Positions 38,370 to 51,650 are shown, counted from the first letter of the whole stretch. The stretch is 63,010 bases of DNA, filler included, from Rhabdomonas costata (GCA_019059605.1; 50 parts of 50 records of this genome joined end to end with filler, not necessarily neighbours in it), one strand, 5' to 3'. Numbers and translations: made by a program. The notes: generated by a model from the letters alone, not told the origin.

Positions 38370-39038
38370 GCTTGTCTTCCTCCGCCGATGGGTTTAAAGG
38401 GGTGAATTTCCCAGGGGACCCTGACATTGCTCGCACCACTCGGGTGGTGCCCGCCCTCGAGCCCCCCGCGAAGCTGCGCGTCGGGGCAGTGTACGCGCTG
38501 GGGTTCCGCACGGTGGACAAGCTGGGCAACCCGTGTGGGGTGTCCTTCCCTGGGACGTGGCAGTGGGGAGTTACCTCCAGCAACACCCTTCTGGCGGATG
38601 TTGTGCTGCACTGCGGACAGCCCGTCCGCAACCGCCGCGACGGCACCTACACCGTAGCCTTCACGCCCAAAGCCTCAGGTTGGACTTCTTTTCAAGTAGC
38701 ACTGTGGGGAGTTCAGGTTCCCCTTTACAATGCACCACTTTGCATTGGCGCATTACGGGGCATTGCTAGGCAGAACGAGTGGTAGGTTTTTGTTTGTCTT
38801 TTTGCTCTGTGTCAACTGGAAAATTTTCCAATCTTCCACCTTCTGTGACCAGTCGTCGACCCTGAATCGTGGAGGGCCGCTCTTGCAAAGCCAACAGGTA
38901 TGTGGTGAAGGACCAGACACACGTACCCGTACAGCCTGCGCTGATTTTGCACTTCACCACTTCGCGGGGAAATAAAACAGGCGAGTTCTCGCTGGCCGTA
39001 TCGGTGAACAACACGGAACTTCCCGGGAGCCCGTTCAC
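38370..39038 (+). CDS. Filamin/ABP280 repeat protein, exons 38370-38678 and 38981-39038
   Basis: TVDKLGNP...NRRDGTYTVAFTPKAS|GEFSLAVSVNNTELPGSPF; the intron joins in phase 1. Confidence 0.88.
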
Positions 39039-39770
39039 NNNNNNNNNNNNNNNNNNNNNNNNNNNNNNNNNNNNNNNNNNNNTTAATTAATTAANNNNNN
39101 NNNNNNNNNNNNNNNNNNNNNNNNNNNNNNNNNNNNNNTGTGGTGGGTGTGGGTGGGGTGGGGGGGTGTACTGTAACTCAATGTTATGTCTGAGTTTCAT
39201 TGAGCGGAGTTCGGTGTCTCAGTTGCGACATAAAATAGAGATTTGTCCAAGAGACCCCGGGATAGTGTTTCTCCAGAAGAATGAGATTCCCTGTCGTGGC
39301 TTATCGAGCAACTTATGATAGGTGAATTGAGCGAATCTGGCCCGGATGGGAGCTTGCTGGGTCTCGTGTGGTGGTGGGTGGCCCCTCGCCCTCATGCTCG
39401 CAGTCACCTTCGGCGGTTCCATCCATACAAGACTGGACTCGACCTTCAAGACTCGCCTTTAAACCCCTTTTGTCGCCCTCTAAATCCACCCTGACTCAGA
39501 ACTTATCTGAGAACTACAACACACCCAGGAAATTCGTCTGCCTCCCTGCCTAACTGTGGTGTGGTACTCGCCCTCCGGATCCGCTTCTTCTCGTTCTTCA
39601 CTGGGGAAGTTGGCCCCTTTCCATCTGGCTTCTTCAGCTTTTCTGTGTCTTTGCTTTTACTCTTCTCTTTTCTCTCCGTCGCCGTAGTCCTCCGAATCAT
39701 TGAGTATTTCCACCGCGACTTTTTTGTGCTACAACTCGTTTTATTTGCCTTGCTGTTTTGGTTTGTTTCG

Positions 39771-40115
39771 ATGTCCTCCGCTTGCTCTGGCGTGGCCCCG
39801 AAAGTGGAACGGTTTAGGTTCTGCTCCACCGTTATCTCTCCTGTCCGGCGTCCTGTGGGGCGCTACCTCGAGGATTCCCCCGGAGGCGATGAACTCACAT
39901 ACCCAGTTGAAAGCACAGACATGCTGAGCGGCACTGACATGCTGGGGGACCCGAATTTCAAGCATCCAGGGTTCACGATGCCTCTGAGGGTGCTGCTTGT
40001 GGCAGTTTTAAGCGCGTATGCGGTGGGCCCCGCCGTAGGTCTGTGGATGGGGTTGTGGCAAACGGGCCAGGAGGCGCTGGATGGTGTGCAGGACTTGGCG
40101 ATGTCTTCGATGAAG
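39771..40115 (+). CDS. Probable first exon of a membrane-anchored protein (paralogue 1)
   Basis: MSSACSG...MPLRVLLVAVLSAYAVGPAVGLWMGLW (hydrophobic) ...GVQDLAMSSMK|GTGCAT. Confidence 0.65.
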
Positions 40116-40400
40116 GTGCATGGGCGTTCCCTTGCTGGCTCTGTTCCTCTGTCTCGTTGCACTGAGTAGTCCCTGTGTTTTTGTTTCACGGATGTGCAGC
40201 CACTGCTGATCCGGCAAACTCAGCCCACTTGTTTCTGTCGTCAAACAAACACACATCGAGAAATGTGGTCGAGTTGGCGCCTCGTATGCACACCCCACCC
40301 NNNNNNNNNNNNNNNNNNNNNNNNNNNNNNNNNNNNNNNNNNNNTTAATTAATTAANNNNNNNNNNNNNNNNNNNNNNNNNNNNNNNNNNNNNNNNNNNN

Positions 40401-41313
40401 GGGTGGTGTGTAGGACCTGGCGATGTCTTCGATGAAGGTGCATTGACTATTTCCCACTGGCTATGTTCCTCTTTTCCAGTTAGCACTGAGTAGTCCCTGT
40501 GATTTAGTTTCACGAATGTGCAGCCTCCGCTCCCCCGGCGAGCTTAGCGTACATCTACAAAGTTGGTCGAGTGCGTGCCACGAATGCCAAAGCCCTCCTT
40601 CCCTGCCTGGTGCATGTTTGCTTGCACCGAGCTGCCCGTGATGCAGAATTTGTTTCAATGAACAGATTTGCACCAGCTCATACTATGGCGCTCAATGGGG
40701 GAGCAGAGAGCCGCTGTTTTTAAAATTACTTGTACCTGTATCCGTTGACATGTTGACACGAAGGGGATCCTCGACCTTCGCATAACAACGCGCGACGCTG
40801 CGATTAGGATTGGGTGCTGCTCTCATTATTTGGCAGACGCCCCCTTTCTTCTCATGTTTGTCTTCTAACCCAACAATGTTCCGATATTCTTTCGAGGTTG
40901 AAACTCTTTTGCCCATTTGCGCGGCGAGTGGGGAATGAGATACAATTTTCGCGCCAGACTCGGCGCAATTTCTTCTGCCTATGCATGAAGAAAATGCGTT
41001 CGAACATTCCCTGAATGCCGCATTCCATTGTACCTGGTCTATGCTGCTTATAGGGAGTCTCGACGCAGCTCAAGGACTCCCTGATGCAATCTGTGGAGGC
41101 CTCGCTGCAGGTCTTTGTGGACCACGGGGAGAATGCCGCCGACGTTATGAAAACCCATATTAATGCGAGTGGGGTGCTTGACGGGAGTGGAACGGCGGCA
41201 AGCCGGTCCTCTGCAGCTGTGGAGGTTTTCCAAGAGCGGGTGTTCAGCATCGTCGTGATGAGCTCATGGTTGTACCGGCTGAACGTCACGCTGTACGCAG
41301 ATGTGCGCGATGG
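40401..41313 (+). CDS. Paralogue 2 of the same family: exon end 40401-40437 and exon 41054-41313
   Basis: Same DLAMSSMK|GTGCAT junction and similar intron start as 40083-40200; next exon GVSTQLKDSLMQSVEASLQVFV... joins in phase 0. Confidence 0.7.
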
Positions 41314-41953
41314 GTACGCCGCTTTTTTTATCACATCATTTTTGTGGCGGTCTTTTGTCTCACTCAAGCGTGCTGTATGTTTACTGACTTGAGTCTTCCA
41401 ATCCGCTGCAATGCTCCGGGTGAATGTATTCAAATACGTTTTCGTGCTAACAAATTTTTGTTTTGTGTTTGCTAGGAGTTTGTGGAGCGGACTTTTCATT
41501 AGAGACGTGAACACGCTTTACGTTGCCTTAGGTCTTAGGTCTGGCACCCTTTTATTTCGTGGTTNNNNNNNNNNNNNNNNNNNNNNNNNNNNNNNNNNNN
41601 NNNNNNNNTTAATTAATTAANNNNNNNNNNNNNNNNNNNNNNNNNNNNNNNNNNNNNNNNNNNNTGGGGGGGGGGGTATTGCGCCGTTCCCACGTATCGG
41701 CTTGTTTTTTTCAAAACAGGAAATCTTCAAAATGAAAAAGTTTGCGAAAAGGATATAAATCAGAAGGCTGGTCATGCCTCCTCTTTTTGCTGGCTTCATT
41801 TCCCTCCTGGTCCGCCTGTTCTTTGTAGTGAGAAAGCCCGTAGCCCCTTTCTACGGTTGTTCTCAGTTACTAGTTCTCATTTCTCTGCCCGGTATCTTGA
41901 TTCGTTCCCTCTTCTGTCGTGAACGGTGTGGAGGGGAAGAAGGGGTGGAGGAA

Positions 41954-42739
41954 ATGCCCGCGAAGTCGCTGGTGTGTGGAGACTGCGGAGCGGTTCTGAA
42001 GAGCGTCGCGGCGGCCCAGGAGCACGCTGAGCTCAAGGGGCATGCCAACTTCTCCGAGGTTTCGAATGAAGCGAGTCTCACTTGTTTGCATTCTCTTGTG
42101 TTTGCATAGACCCGTCGGGTCAGAACGGGTTTGCTTGGGATCGGTTGGGTTGCACCACTTTAAACCCGACCCATCGCCGACACTGGCTCTTGAATCCATG
42201 GGCAAGTTGCGTAAGAAATGCTCCGTCGGATGAACTCATGCTTCTCTGTGGTTGGTCTTGGGCTTTTGGGTGATGGATCTCTGATGATAGATGGGATCAA
42301 GGTTGATGTTATTTTGCTGTTTGGAGCGCAACTCTCTCTGCCCTTGCTTTTGCTGCCGAGCATTGTGAGGCTCTGACATCTGCATCCAGCCAGCGGTACG
42401 TCTGCCGGTCTGTTGGACTCGAAATTGGGTAAGTGGTGGGCAAACCTTTTTACAGGAGGATGGCTCGGGTGGCAGTGTGGTTGCACGTTCCCAATGTGAA
42501 ATACTTATCCCAAAATAATATTTCCGCGGCAACCCGGGGATGAATTCCTACCCTGCCTGGTGTGCTTTGTGGCTTTGCGATGTGTGCGCATCGCTTGTCT
42601 CTGCATCTGCTGGTGCAGAGCGTCGCGGCTGTGGTGAGCCAGCGGTGCAAGCAGTGCGGGAAGGTGTGCGACTCGGAGGCGGAGCGGCAAATGCACACCC
42701 GCCACACCGGCCACGGCGAGTTCGAAGAGACCACCTCAG
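41954..42739 (+). CDS. N-terminal double C2H2 zinc finger resembling the plant/protist UBA+PUB-domain protein family; exons 41954-42058, 42619-42739
   Basis: MPAKSLVCGDCGAVLKSVAAAQEHAELKGHANFSE|SVAAVVSQRCKQCGKVCDSEAERQMHTRHTGHGEFEE; phase-0 GT-AG intron. Confidence 0.85.
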
Positions 42740-43607
42740 GCACCATCTTTCACATACATATGGCGCGGGTCTTGTCAAATCAGAGAGTCACAGCTGAGAC
42801 GATAATTCGGCAAAAACTGACCAAAGNNNNNNNNNNNNNNNNNNNNNNNNNNNNNNNNNNNNNNNNNNNNTTAATTAATTAANNNNNNNNNNNNNNNNNN
42901 NNNNNNNNNNNNNNNNNNNNNNNNNNTGTTTTTGTGTTCATGGTGAGGCAGTGCTGTTGTTAAAATGGGAAACCAGATTACCACTACCGAAAATCAGTAC
43001 CGGTGCAGGGTTGTTGACGGACCCAAGATAATACGGAATGTTCTCAAGAGCTCAGTTTTTTCTCCCTCTCAACAGTCCCCGAAAAATGCAAAAGTGGCGA
43101 AGCACACAATCAATGTTGCGAGGTTACATTGATAGTGATGAAGTACCTCAGCGTCGTTAGTCTTTGTATTAGCATTTGCATTGGTTGCTGTTATTTGCTG
43201 TACAAACGGCCACCTTGAGCCGAGTTTTTCCTTCCACATTGCTTGCAACGGTAGACTGGAGTAATCACGGGCTCTCACGGGGTCTGGGCGCAAACTGCAT
43301 TCTTTAGATCTCACGGTTCGAATAGTCTCGTTACCTCAAATTCAGATAACTTTCTGCATCATTACTTCGTGATGGACCCTAAAAGTTTCCCATTTTTCTC
43401 GTTCTCATTTTCTCATTTGTTGAGGTGCTATGAGCCAGGGATTTGGACCGAAGGTGTCCAGGGTTTTTGTCCTCGGCAGTCTCTCTCTCTCTTCATCTTT
43501 CATTGCTATCTTTTTCCCCGCTGCATCGACGTTCTTTGCTGTCTCCCAACGCAACGCGGGGGTGGGGGATTGTAGGAACACCAGATCTACGGCGGCAAGG
43601 AGGAGCA

Positions 43608-43850
43608 CCTGGGTCTCTCCTTTGAGGAGTTTGTGGGTCACTGCATCAGGGGACCCTTCAAAGACATGAAATTTGAGAAACCATCCGAGGTTTGCCACTC
43701 TCGAGGCCCTCCTGTCCTTCAGATACTGTCCTATGACGAAATTTTTAACCTCCTCCTCGCACACGTCAACGCACGTATTTCTCTGTAGCACCGCGGATGC
43801 TTCAGCAATACCATATATAATGCTAAGGCGTTCACACATCCCATTGTTCT
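43608..43850 (-). CDS. Possible exon of unknown protein
   Basis: Open frame CERLSIIYGIAEAS...LLKGETQ ending at CAG|GTGCTC. Confidence 0.35.
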
Positions 43851-46497
43851 GTTCACCTCACTACCTCATCTTCACTATTGAAAGAAATGGGTAAGCAGAC
43901 CATTGGCATGGACACTGTTCTGGATTTGCCAAAGGCCCAAATCATGGGTCCAGCAGTGCTGGAAAACGGGAAGAATCTACCCAAGCTGGTGTGGCGAATT
44001 TCGCGCTTCATATTTTTTTTAAATTTCCGGCACCGTCTGCTTACAATGACCTGCAACCTTCAGTCTCCAAGCCGGCTCACGGCGATATNNNNNNNNNNNN
44101 NNNNNNNNNNNNNNNNNNNNNNNNNNNNNNNNTTAATTAATTAANNNNNNNNNNNNNNNNNNNNNNNNNNNNNNNNNNNNNNNNNNNNGTGTTGGTGTGT
44201 TTGGTGTGGTGTTGCAGTTTGTTTAGTTTGGTTTCTTGCTCGTGTTCCGTCGCTTTCTCAGATGATCTTATATTCAGGTCTCTCTCGACCTACATCCCGT
44301 TAGATTCTCCCTACTGACCCCTTGGCCACCCTTGTACTGCTCACTGTGTCTCGTTTCAAAAGTAGAGACAAACCACAACAACTACATTTCCCTTCCTGCT
44401 CTTTTCCCAGCTGCCTCACGGTTCTTTTCCGCTGCGTGGTGACCACTGCACAGGAACAATTTAAAAAAAAAACATTTACATTCTTTTGTTGGCGACAGTT
44501 TCCGTTTTTTTTCTGTAAATCATTGCTTTTTCCTTTCCTACAAACTGTGAACAATGCAGACTTGGAACAATATCCTACTTTGAGCTGTCCGACGCATAAC
44601 AATTTTACAAACTTAGCTCGTGGTCGAACGAAAGCAACACAGTACAGGCGGCACAACCCCAAATGCGCACTCGTTAGCTTGGCTTTTGCCGTGCTGTAGG
44701 CGTCCTTTGCAGCCCAAGCCCAGCTATCCTTCACCCTGAAGAAAAAAGCAACCAAAACCCATTTTACTTCTTGGCAACCCACACCACCTGCACAGCAGGA
44801 GTGGGGGCTAGCTGCATCTGACCGACATTCCGCTACGGTACCGTCACCAAGCTCTCCAGTAACACAATTCTAGGGGGGGGGGGCAGGACGAAAAACACAC
44901 CATTTGAACGCAATTCGACGGGAAAGCTTCATCGGCTTCGTGTTCACAAAACAGAGGAGGTGAGAGGAGGTGAAATAAAAAGGGAAGGAAATGCAAATGG
45001 GGCGGAAAATGAAGGTTGCAGGTTGATGGGTAGAAGCAAAAATGCTTTGAGGCCAAAGGTCTCAAAGGCCAAAGCAAGCGCCCCTTCCAAAACACAGTTG
45101 GCTGCTGGGCACGGAGCAAAACGAAGATCCTCACCAACTCTTCGCGGTTTTCTCAGGCGCAGGGACGGACTGATTACACACACCATTGAGCTCCCAACAA
45201 CTGGGGCGTGTGTTTCGGGGGGTATGTCCTCGTCTTATATCTCGAATGTTTGCACAAGTGAAAGCAAACTTTATTCTCTTGCTGCAGTTTGTCCACCAGT
45301 TGAAGCTGTGCTTTTTGTCTTCTGGCGAAAATCTTCCTAGCAACACACCCNNNNNNNNNNNNNNNNNNNNNNNNNNNNNNNNNNNNNNNNNNNNTTAATT
45401 AATTAANNNNNNNNNNNNNNNNNNNNNNNNNNNNNNNNNNNNNNNNNNNNGGGGCCATTTGACCTTCAACAGTCGCCTCATTGGCGCGCCATTTTGGTGA
45501 GGTTGTAATATTCTTGCTTTTCTCACAGGTTCAGCACCCCACTGTCAAAACGAATGTTCTCCTCGCTAACTCCCGCGGCGCCATCAGAGTTCAGAACTGG
45601 GTTTGTGATTGTTCAAAATTTCCGTTGACAGCCAGTGCGGCGTTTTGAGCTTGTATTCGGAAGAAGATTGCAGCCCGTGCTTCGCGAAATCCAGGAAGGC
45701 TGGGAAGGTTAGCCCAACTGCGTCATCATTGGCTCTGCTTCCGCTGGTGGGTGTTGTAGATGTTGTTTGAAGGCTTGGGTTGCCGCAAGAGGCTGCATCA
45801 TGAACAGAAAATATGGAGATCAGATTTAATAGCGGTGGAGCGTTGACAGTCGAAGACGTTCAGACATCTTGTCGAACAAACATTCCTGTGTGCTGCATAG
45901 TGCGCTGTTTTCTGGAGGTGCTATGCAACACAATGCGCATTCGACCTCGAAAACCGACGCGTATGCACATTGGTTTTGCATGAGAGTGGTGCGGTGCATC
46001 AGTATGGAGCAGCGGACGGATGCTTTGCAGACAGGTGACAGAGTGCTAGCGGAGTGAGAACTTCGAGCGACGGATGGGAGGGCCTGCAGCCTTGTTCCTG
46101 TATGGTCGCGGGGGCCTTGGGAGACGGACCGATCGGAAACGGGAACAAGGGCGCTTTCATCGTCCAACAGATTCCAGTTTGCGTACGAAAGACTTCACAT
46201 CAAAAATTGATGCACGCTCTCACTGGACTGAAGTGGGGCACCAGAATCCGGCGACACGAAATTCACGGCTGTCATCGAATTGCAAAGCAGCAGCTAGAAC
46301 GACCTAACGAGCCATTGCCATTTTTGACACCCTCTCACGACCAAACGTATCCCAATAATTGAGGCGGTGATTAACAACTTGTGTCGCCTGAAGACTTCTG
46401 AAGGCTAAAAAAGGTGGTTAGTCCCAAGAGCAATAGAGAGAAACGAACAACAAAGCAATGCACTCAGAAACGTCCCGAGGAGGAGAAGTACGCACAC

Positions 46498-46600
46498 CAT
46501 GGCGGTGAACGCAACCAGCATGTTGAGAGAGACAGACTCGGCCAGAGTCCCGCTCTGGATCTGGCCGAAAACTTTGGACACCACCTGAATAGAGAGGACC
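46498..46600 (-). CDS. Exon fragment of unknown (hydrophobic) protein
   Basis: VLSIQVVSKVFGQIQSGTLAESVSLNMLVAFTAM|GTGTGC. Confidence 0.5.
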
Positions 46601-46739
46601 AACCCACCCNNNNNNNNNNNNNNNNNNNNNNNNNNNNNNNNNNNNNNNNNNNNTTAATTAATTAANNNNNNNNNNNNNNNNNNNNNNNNNNNNNNNNNNN
46701 NNNNNNNNNGTGTGGGGAGGTCGGGGCTGTGACGTCCCA

Positions 46740-46935
46740 CAGGTGGGGCTCTGTGAGTGCTAAGGTGAGTGACTCCCGCTCGCTCGAGCGACGCAGATGA
46801 CTCATCTAGATTCGACCGAATGGGCTCCCCTGCTCGGCCAGGGACATCCCTCGGCGCTAGGCGTGTTGGGAAGAGCGTTTGCGGAATGTAGCACCGCAGC
46901 TGGGTGAGGATCCCGATGGTTTCGTTCAGCCAGAC
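46740..46935 (-). CDS. Exon possibly from a receptor-type nucleotidyl cyclase (pre-catalytic helix)
   Basis: CAG|VWLNETIGILTQLRCYIPQTLF resembles the L..(L/Y)R.Y.P..L helix that precedes class III cyclase domains; weak similarity only. Confidence 0.4.
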
Positions 46936-48252
46936 CTGCACCCCGAAGGAAAGAGATGTCTGTGTATCTAGCACAATCGAATCATGCGCTCGACGGTGTA
47001 TCCAGTGTAATAGAATCGTGCGCTCATATCCTCATACATTCACACGACCAATGATATTCGGCTCACCTACAACATACAACCGATTGACCACATCACGGGC
47101 ATGCTTTGCCCTCGCGCATAAACCGCTTGCCTTTACATCTGAGGCAAACCACATGCTTATTCCAATAGATCCCTCCCAGTGAAGAAAAGCGTTCGTTCTC
47201 TCAACATTCGTGCATCACTCAATTTGTTACGCTTGTATCCTTGAATGCACCATGTCTTCGCCAACGTATACTGCGTGCAACCTATTACCCTCTTCTGTTT
47301 GGGGCTTCATTCGTTCTAAGCCGTTTACCTGTAGCCTGTACGAAGACTGTCGCGCTTCAACTTCGCATACGCTCACAAGCAGCGCGCTAGCAGCAAAGTT
47401 TTCAGCATACAATGACACAAACACCTCCAACCCCCTGCAAATATACGAGTAACTTTTGTATAAATCTTGTGTGTGAAATGGGGAGGGAAATCGACTGTTC
47501 ACTGTTGCTGTCATGTGCAGGTTTGTTTCACTGAAGAAGTCCCCCCTTTTTTTCTTTTCTTCGCACGCCCTTGCGTGTGTCGGAACTCGAAAACAATTAC
47601 ACACAAAGACTCTTTGGAAACATAATGTAGGAGAGGAGTTTAACTGTCCTCCGAGCAACTGCAGCTGAAATGGGACACGAAGGTCTTGCAGACCGTGGGA
47701 ACGGCGACAATCATGTATCCAACATCCACCTCATTCGTATAAAATTGCAAAATGGTTAATACGTAAACACAGAATATACAATTTAATCATAACCATTCAA
47801 CGTCAGCCTACACTGAAAACTTTGAAGAACTCTCCACAGTCATCCCTGAACAGTACCGCAGCAAAAAAACNNNNNNNNNNNNNNNNNNNNNNNNNNNNNN
47901 NNNNNNNNNNNNNNTTAATTAATTAANNNNNNNNNNNNNNNNNNNNNNNNNNNNNNNNNNNNNNNNNNNNGGTGGGGTTGGCCGGGTCCTCAGCCGACGT
48001 GAGGGCAGTTGAAGAGGGGCCTGGGGGGAAGAAAAGATGAAGAGGCGGAGATATAGTGGAGGAGGGAGGGTAAGGGAGATCGAGGAATGCGAGAGGTGCG
48101 GCAGATGCAAAGTTGGAGAGACGTGGGGGAACGGGGAAATTGTCTACATACAGGCGTCCTGATTTTTCCGACGGCACCCTTGATGAGAGATGGAGAGGGG
48201 GGGGGGAGATCAGCGATCCGTGAATTCCACAGCGTGTGCATGCAGCACGAAC

Positions 48253-48397
48253 CCATGACGATGAAGAGGTGTTTCTTGGACTGGAACCCGCACAGCACGG
48301 AGACGATGTAGGGGTGGTGGACCGATCGCAGCAGGTCCATCTCCAGCAGAACATGCTCCTTGAGGTTCTTTCGGGTCACCAGAGCCTTGCTCATCAC
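48253..48397 (-). CDS. AGC-group protein kinase exon (subdomains II-V)
   Basis: VMSKALVTRKNLKEHVLLEMDLLRSVHHPYIVSVLCGFQSKKHLFIVM; CAG acceptor, GTTCGT donor. Confidence 0.9.
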
Positions 48398-49229
48398 CTG
48401 CACGCCCCCGAGCCCGAAAACTGAAAGGAGGGTGCAGGTGCATTTATGCCCTCCCCCCTCTTGGGCTGCGAACTTGAGCTTTATGGACCCCTTCCTGAGA
48501 GTGCAGGGAGTTAGGTGGGGATGCAGGGACTCTTTCCAGGATGTCCTGGGCTCCGCTCCATACCGCGGCCCAAGATCCTCGGAGCTTTCATTTTTTGGAC
48601 ATTTATGTGCGGTTACTGCGGCTTGGGGGGGGGGGATAAATGCACTTATGCCGAAAGGTGCTCAAAGATTGCGAAACGAGGGGGTTTTCTATGCTCGTTT
48701 TTCACCCGTAGCGTTTCCTGTGCTTCAGTTTTGAGCCCAGTAGTTTTTCTTTTGCGCCACAGCTGCTCAAAAACACACATCACTTTATCCTGACCTCCCG
48801 ACCTCCCGACCTCAGGTGGGCATCTCGTGGCGTAACCTACCCATCCATCATAATCATAAGCCACGAACTGCAGGAGACTCGCGGGCATCGCATTCACTTC
48901 TGCAAACAACCAAACCGATATACGGCAGACCGGGCCCCTCTTACCAAACCGACCGTAAGTCTGCTGCCTCCGCAAGGGGCGTGGCTGGCGCATACGCAGA
49001 CTTCGTTCGACCTCAGGTGGGCACCCATCTGGTCCACAGTGCGAAAGGTTGCATACCCACCCATGATGCTATAACTATGCGACGCTATGGAAGTTAAGCA
49101 CGCCTCCAGGCCCCCTTCCCACCCACAACNNNNNNNNNNNNNNNNNNNNNNNNNNNNNNNNNNNNNNNNNNNNTTAATTAATTAANNNNNNNNNNNNNNN
49201 NNNNNNNNNNNNNNNNNNNNNNNNNNNNN

Positions 49230-50281
49230 CAGCGTATACAAAACTTACGTCGAGATCGGCGCGGTGATGCTGATCGGGACCTACGATGCCCCCACGGGGC
49301 AGGTGGCACCGCCGTACCAGTTGGAGTACCGTCCACATTGGCTGAGCTGGGGCCAGGACTTCTTCCGGTTCACCCTTTCGAACTGCCCTGGGGACATCAC
49401 CAGGTTTCTTGGCGTGAATGGAATCTAAGCGAATTGCCGAGAATCGCAGGATCTCATTTTAGGTTCAGAGCGGGCGATTGTTTTCACCATAGTGCCATAC
49501 AACGACCTGTGACTCGCTGGTGAATAGCCAGAGTTGCTCTTTCAAACAGCGACCCATATTGTGCTTCGTTGGTCGTCAGAACAGTGCTGGCAATATTGCG
49601 ATGATGTCACCAGCCACAGTCTGAACATCGGGATGAATTCCATCGGTGGGAAACCGCTCTCGACTTAAGTTCCACCTTTTGCGCATCTAAATTCGGGGAA
49701 GCCAGGGTAGTGGTGCTGATTATGACCCCTGGGATAAGGATGGCCTTCCATCTTCGTGCGTAATGGAATCGAGGCGGATGTATTCCGCCGCTCCTCCTTT
49801 GGGGTAAATATGGTGCAGTTGTGCGGCTTGTTTCGGCAGAACCACCGCGGATTTCTTCTACAACTTCAACATCACCCACGTCAACCATGCCCCACAGTGG
49901 GTACCCTTCACCACAACCAGCGTCAACCAAACCATACCCACTGCCCTTCTTCTCAACGGCACCGACGTGGACATGCCGGCCACGCCCACAAACCTGAGCT
50001 GGGTGCTGGTCAGGTTGCCCAGCGCAGGCACGCTGAGCCTCTCTCCGGCTATAGGCAGCGCAGCACTGGGTCAGAACGCCTCGTGGGCAGTTGGGTCGGG
50101 GCTGTGGTACCGGCCCAGCATGCCGGTGGCCTTGGCGTACCTCAGCTGTGGCCCGAACTTCGCGGATTGCTTTGTCGTGGCGCTCTTCGACGGGGAGCTG
50201 TATGACAGCCCTCGGACGTTTAGCCTGAGGGGAATGAGCTGCACGCAGTGCATCGAGCCCTATATATTGGACGCCCTGCAG
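49230..50281 (+). CDS. Protein with a bacterial-type cadherin/Ig-like repeat; exons 49230-49403 and 49840-50281
   Basis: NITHVNHAP...LNGTDVD...LSWVLVRLPSAGTL...LWYRP...DCFVVALFDG; the intron joins in phase 2. Confidence 0.75.
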
Positions 50282-50539
50282 GTGCTGTTTTGGCTTTTTT
50301 TTCCAGTACCGTGGCGTGTCGTCTTCGCAGGTCGTGCGCTCGCTGCTGCTTTTTTCAGCGGGAGGCCCAACCCCACCAAACACACCCCACANNNNNNNNN
50401 NNNNNNNNNNNNNNNNNNNNNNNNNNNNNNNNNNNTTAATTAATTAANNNNNNNNNNNNNNNNNNNNNNNNNNNNNNNNNNNNNNNNNNNNCTTACCATC
50501 GGGGTGCGCAGCTCATGGTCCAGATGACCCAATTCAACC

Positions 50540-51650
50540 CATCGGTCCCTGAACCCTGACTCACCCCGAAAACTGACCGACCCCTTTGGGCGGACTGGGG
50601 GCCACCTCGGTTGGTGCTAATGGTGCGCTGGCGGCAATGCCGGGAGTACTCCTCCTCATCCATGGAAGGCTCGCCTTCATCTTCGAGCCCGTCCTGAGCC
50701 AGCAGGCAAAAGAGGGTGGTGTTGGGCGCTGGCTGTTGCCTGACTGGCTCTTGGTGACCGTTGTCAACTGACTGGGACCACCGCACACGCTGTTGGCCAC
50801 CGGGTGCAGGCCAGAGCAGCTTCGGAGCGCACTGCGCCGCCGTGGGGGGTACATATGCAGTAAACTCCAAACTCCCTTCTGCCCCAAGGACCTCTGCTCA
50901 GCTGCCTTTTTCCACTAACTATCCGCGTCTATCCATCGTTGCACAGGTCTGTGAAGTGTGTACTTGGAAGGGGGGGTCCAAAGCGGAAAGCAGAGTTTAG
51001 GCATAACCGATGACATCCCAAAGGAAAGAATTCAAGCGACAAAAAAGGCAACAGACAAAAAACCCAAAAGTTGTGCCTTTTGCTCATTCCATTTGGTCTC
51101 TTTTTTTTTGTGGTCTAAACTGCGCTGGCGAAGGGAACAATCCTGAAAACGCTTGTGCCCGAAGTCACACAGTGACATGCGGTCCCCAATCGTAATGAAG
51201 AACCAGGAAGAATCAGCTGAGCCGCCCGTTCATAAAAGTCCGTGTCCGGGTATCCGTGCAACTGCAGCAGCACCCGCCGCCGCCGCGAAATGAAAAATGA
51301 AATGGGCCTCCTCCCTTTCGTTTCCCTTCTCCATGTTTCGGGAGGGGGGGATACATGGTCGTTGAGGCTGTCCAGCTCGTCCTCAGCAGATTCCTCCTCC
51401 CCGTCCTCATCTTCGCTGTCCCCTGCACCGCCGCCCTTCTCCGTCGCAGTGCCCTGGCGGGCATCCCCTGAGGACGGCGCCAAGGGTGAGGAGGAAGACG
51501 AGGAAGAGGAGGAACCCGAAGACGACCCCCCCGGTTGCTGCTGCTGTGGCTGTTGTGCAGGGGAGTGCAGGCCCCCTCTCCCGGGCCCCGAGGGAGAAGG
51601 CGCCGTGCTGCCGTCCGTGGAGGTGGGAGAGGGGGCCTGCACTCCCCCAC
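50540..51650 (-). CDS. Exons (~51650-51355, ~50880-50545) of a low-complexity S/Q/E-rich protein
   Basis: GC-rich open frames with poly-S, poly-Q and acidic runs; plausible GT/AG flanks. Confidence 0.5.

Noticed and set aside
40411..40413. In-frame TAG suggesting a pseudogene or stop-codon reassignment
   Set aside because: It lies at the edge of the G/T primer-derived tail, and the paralogue has CAG at this position.
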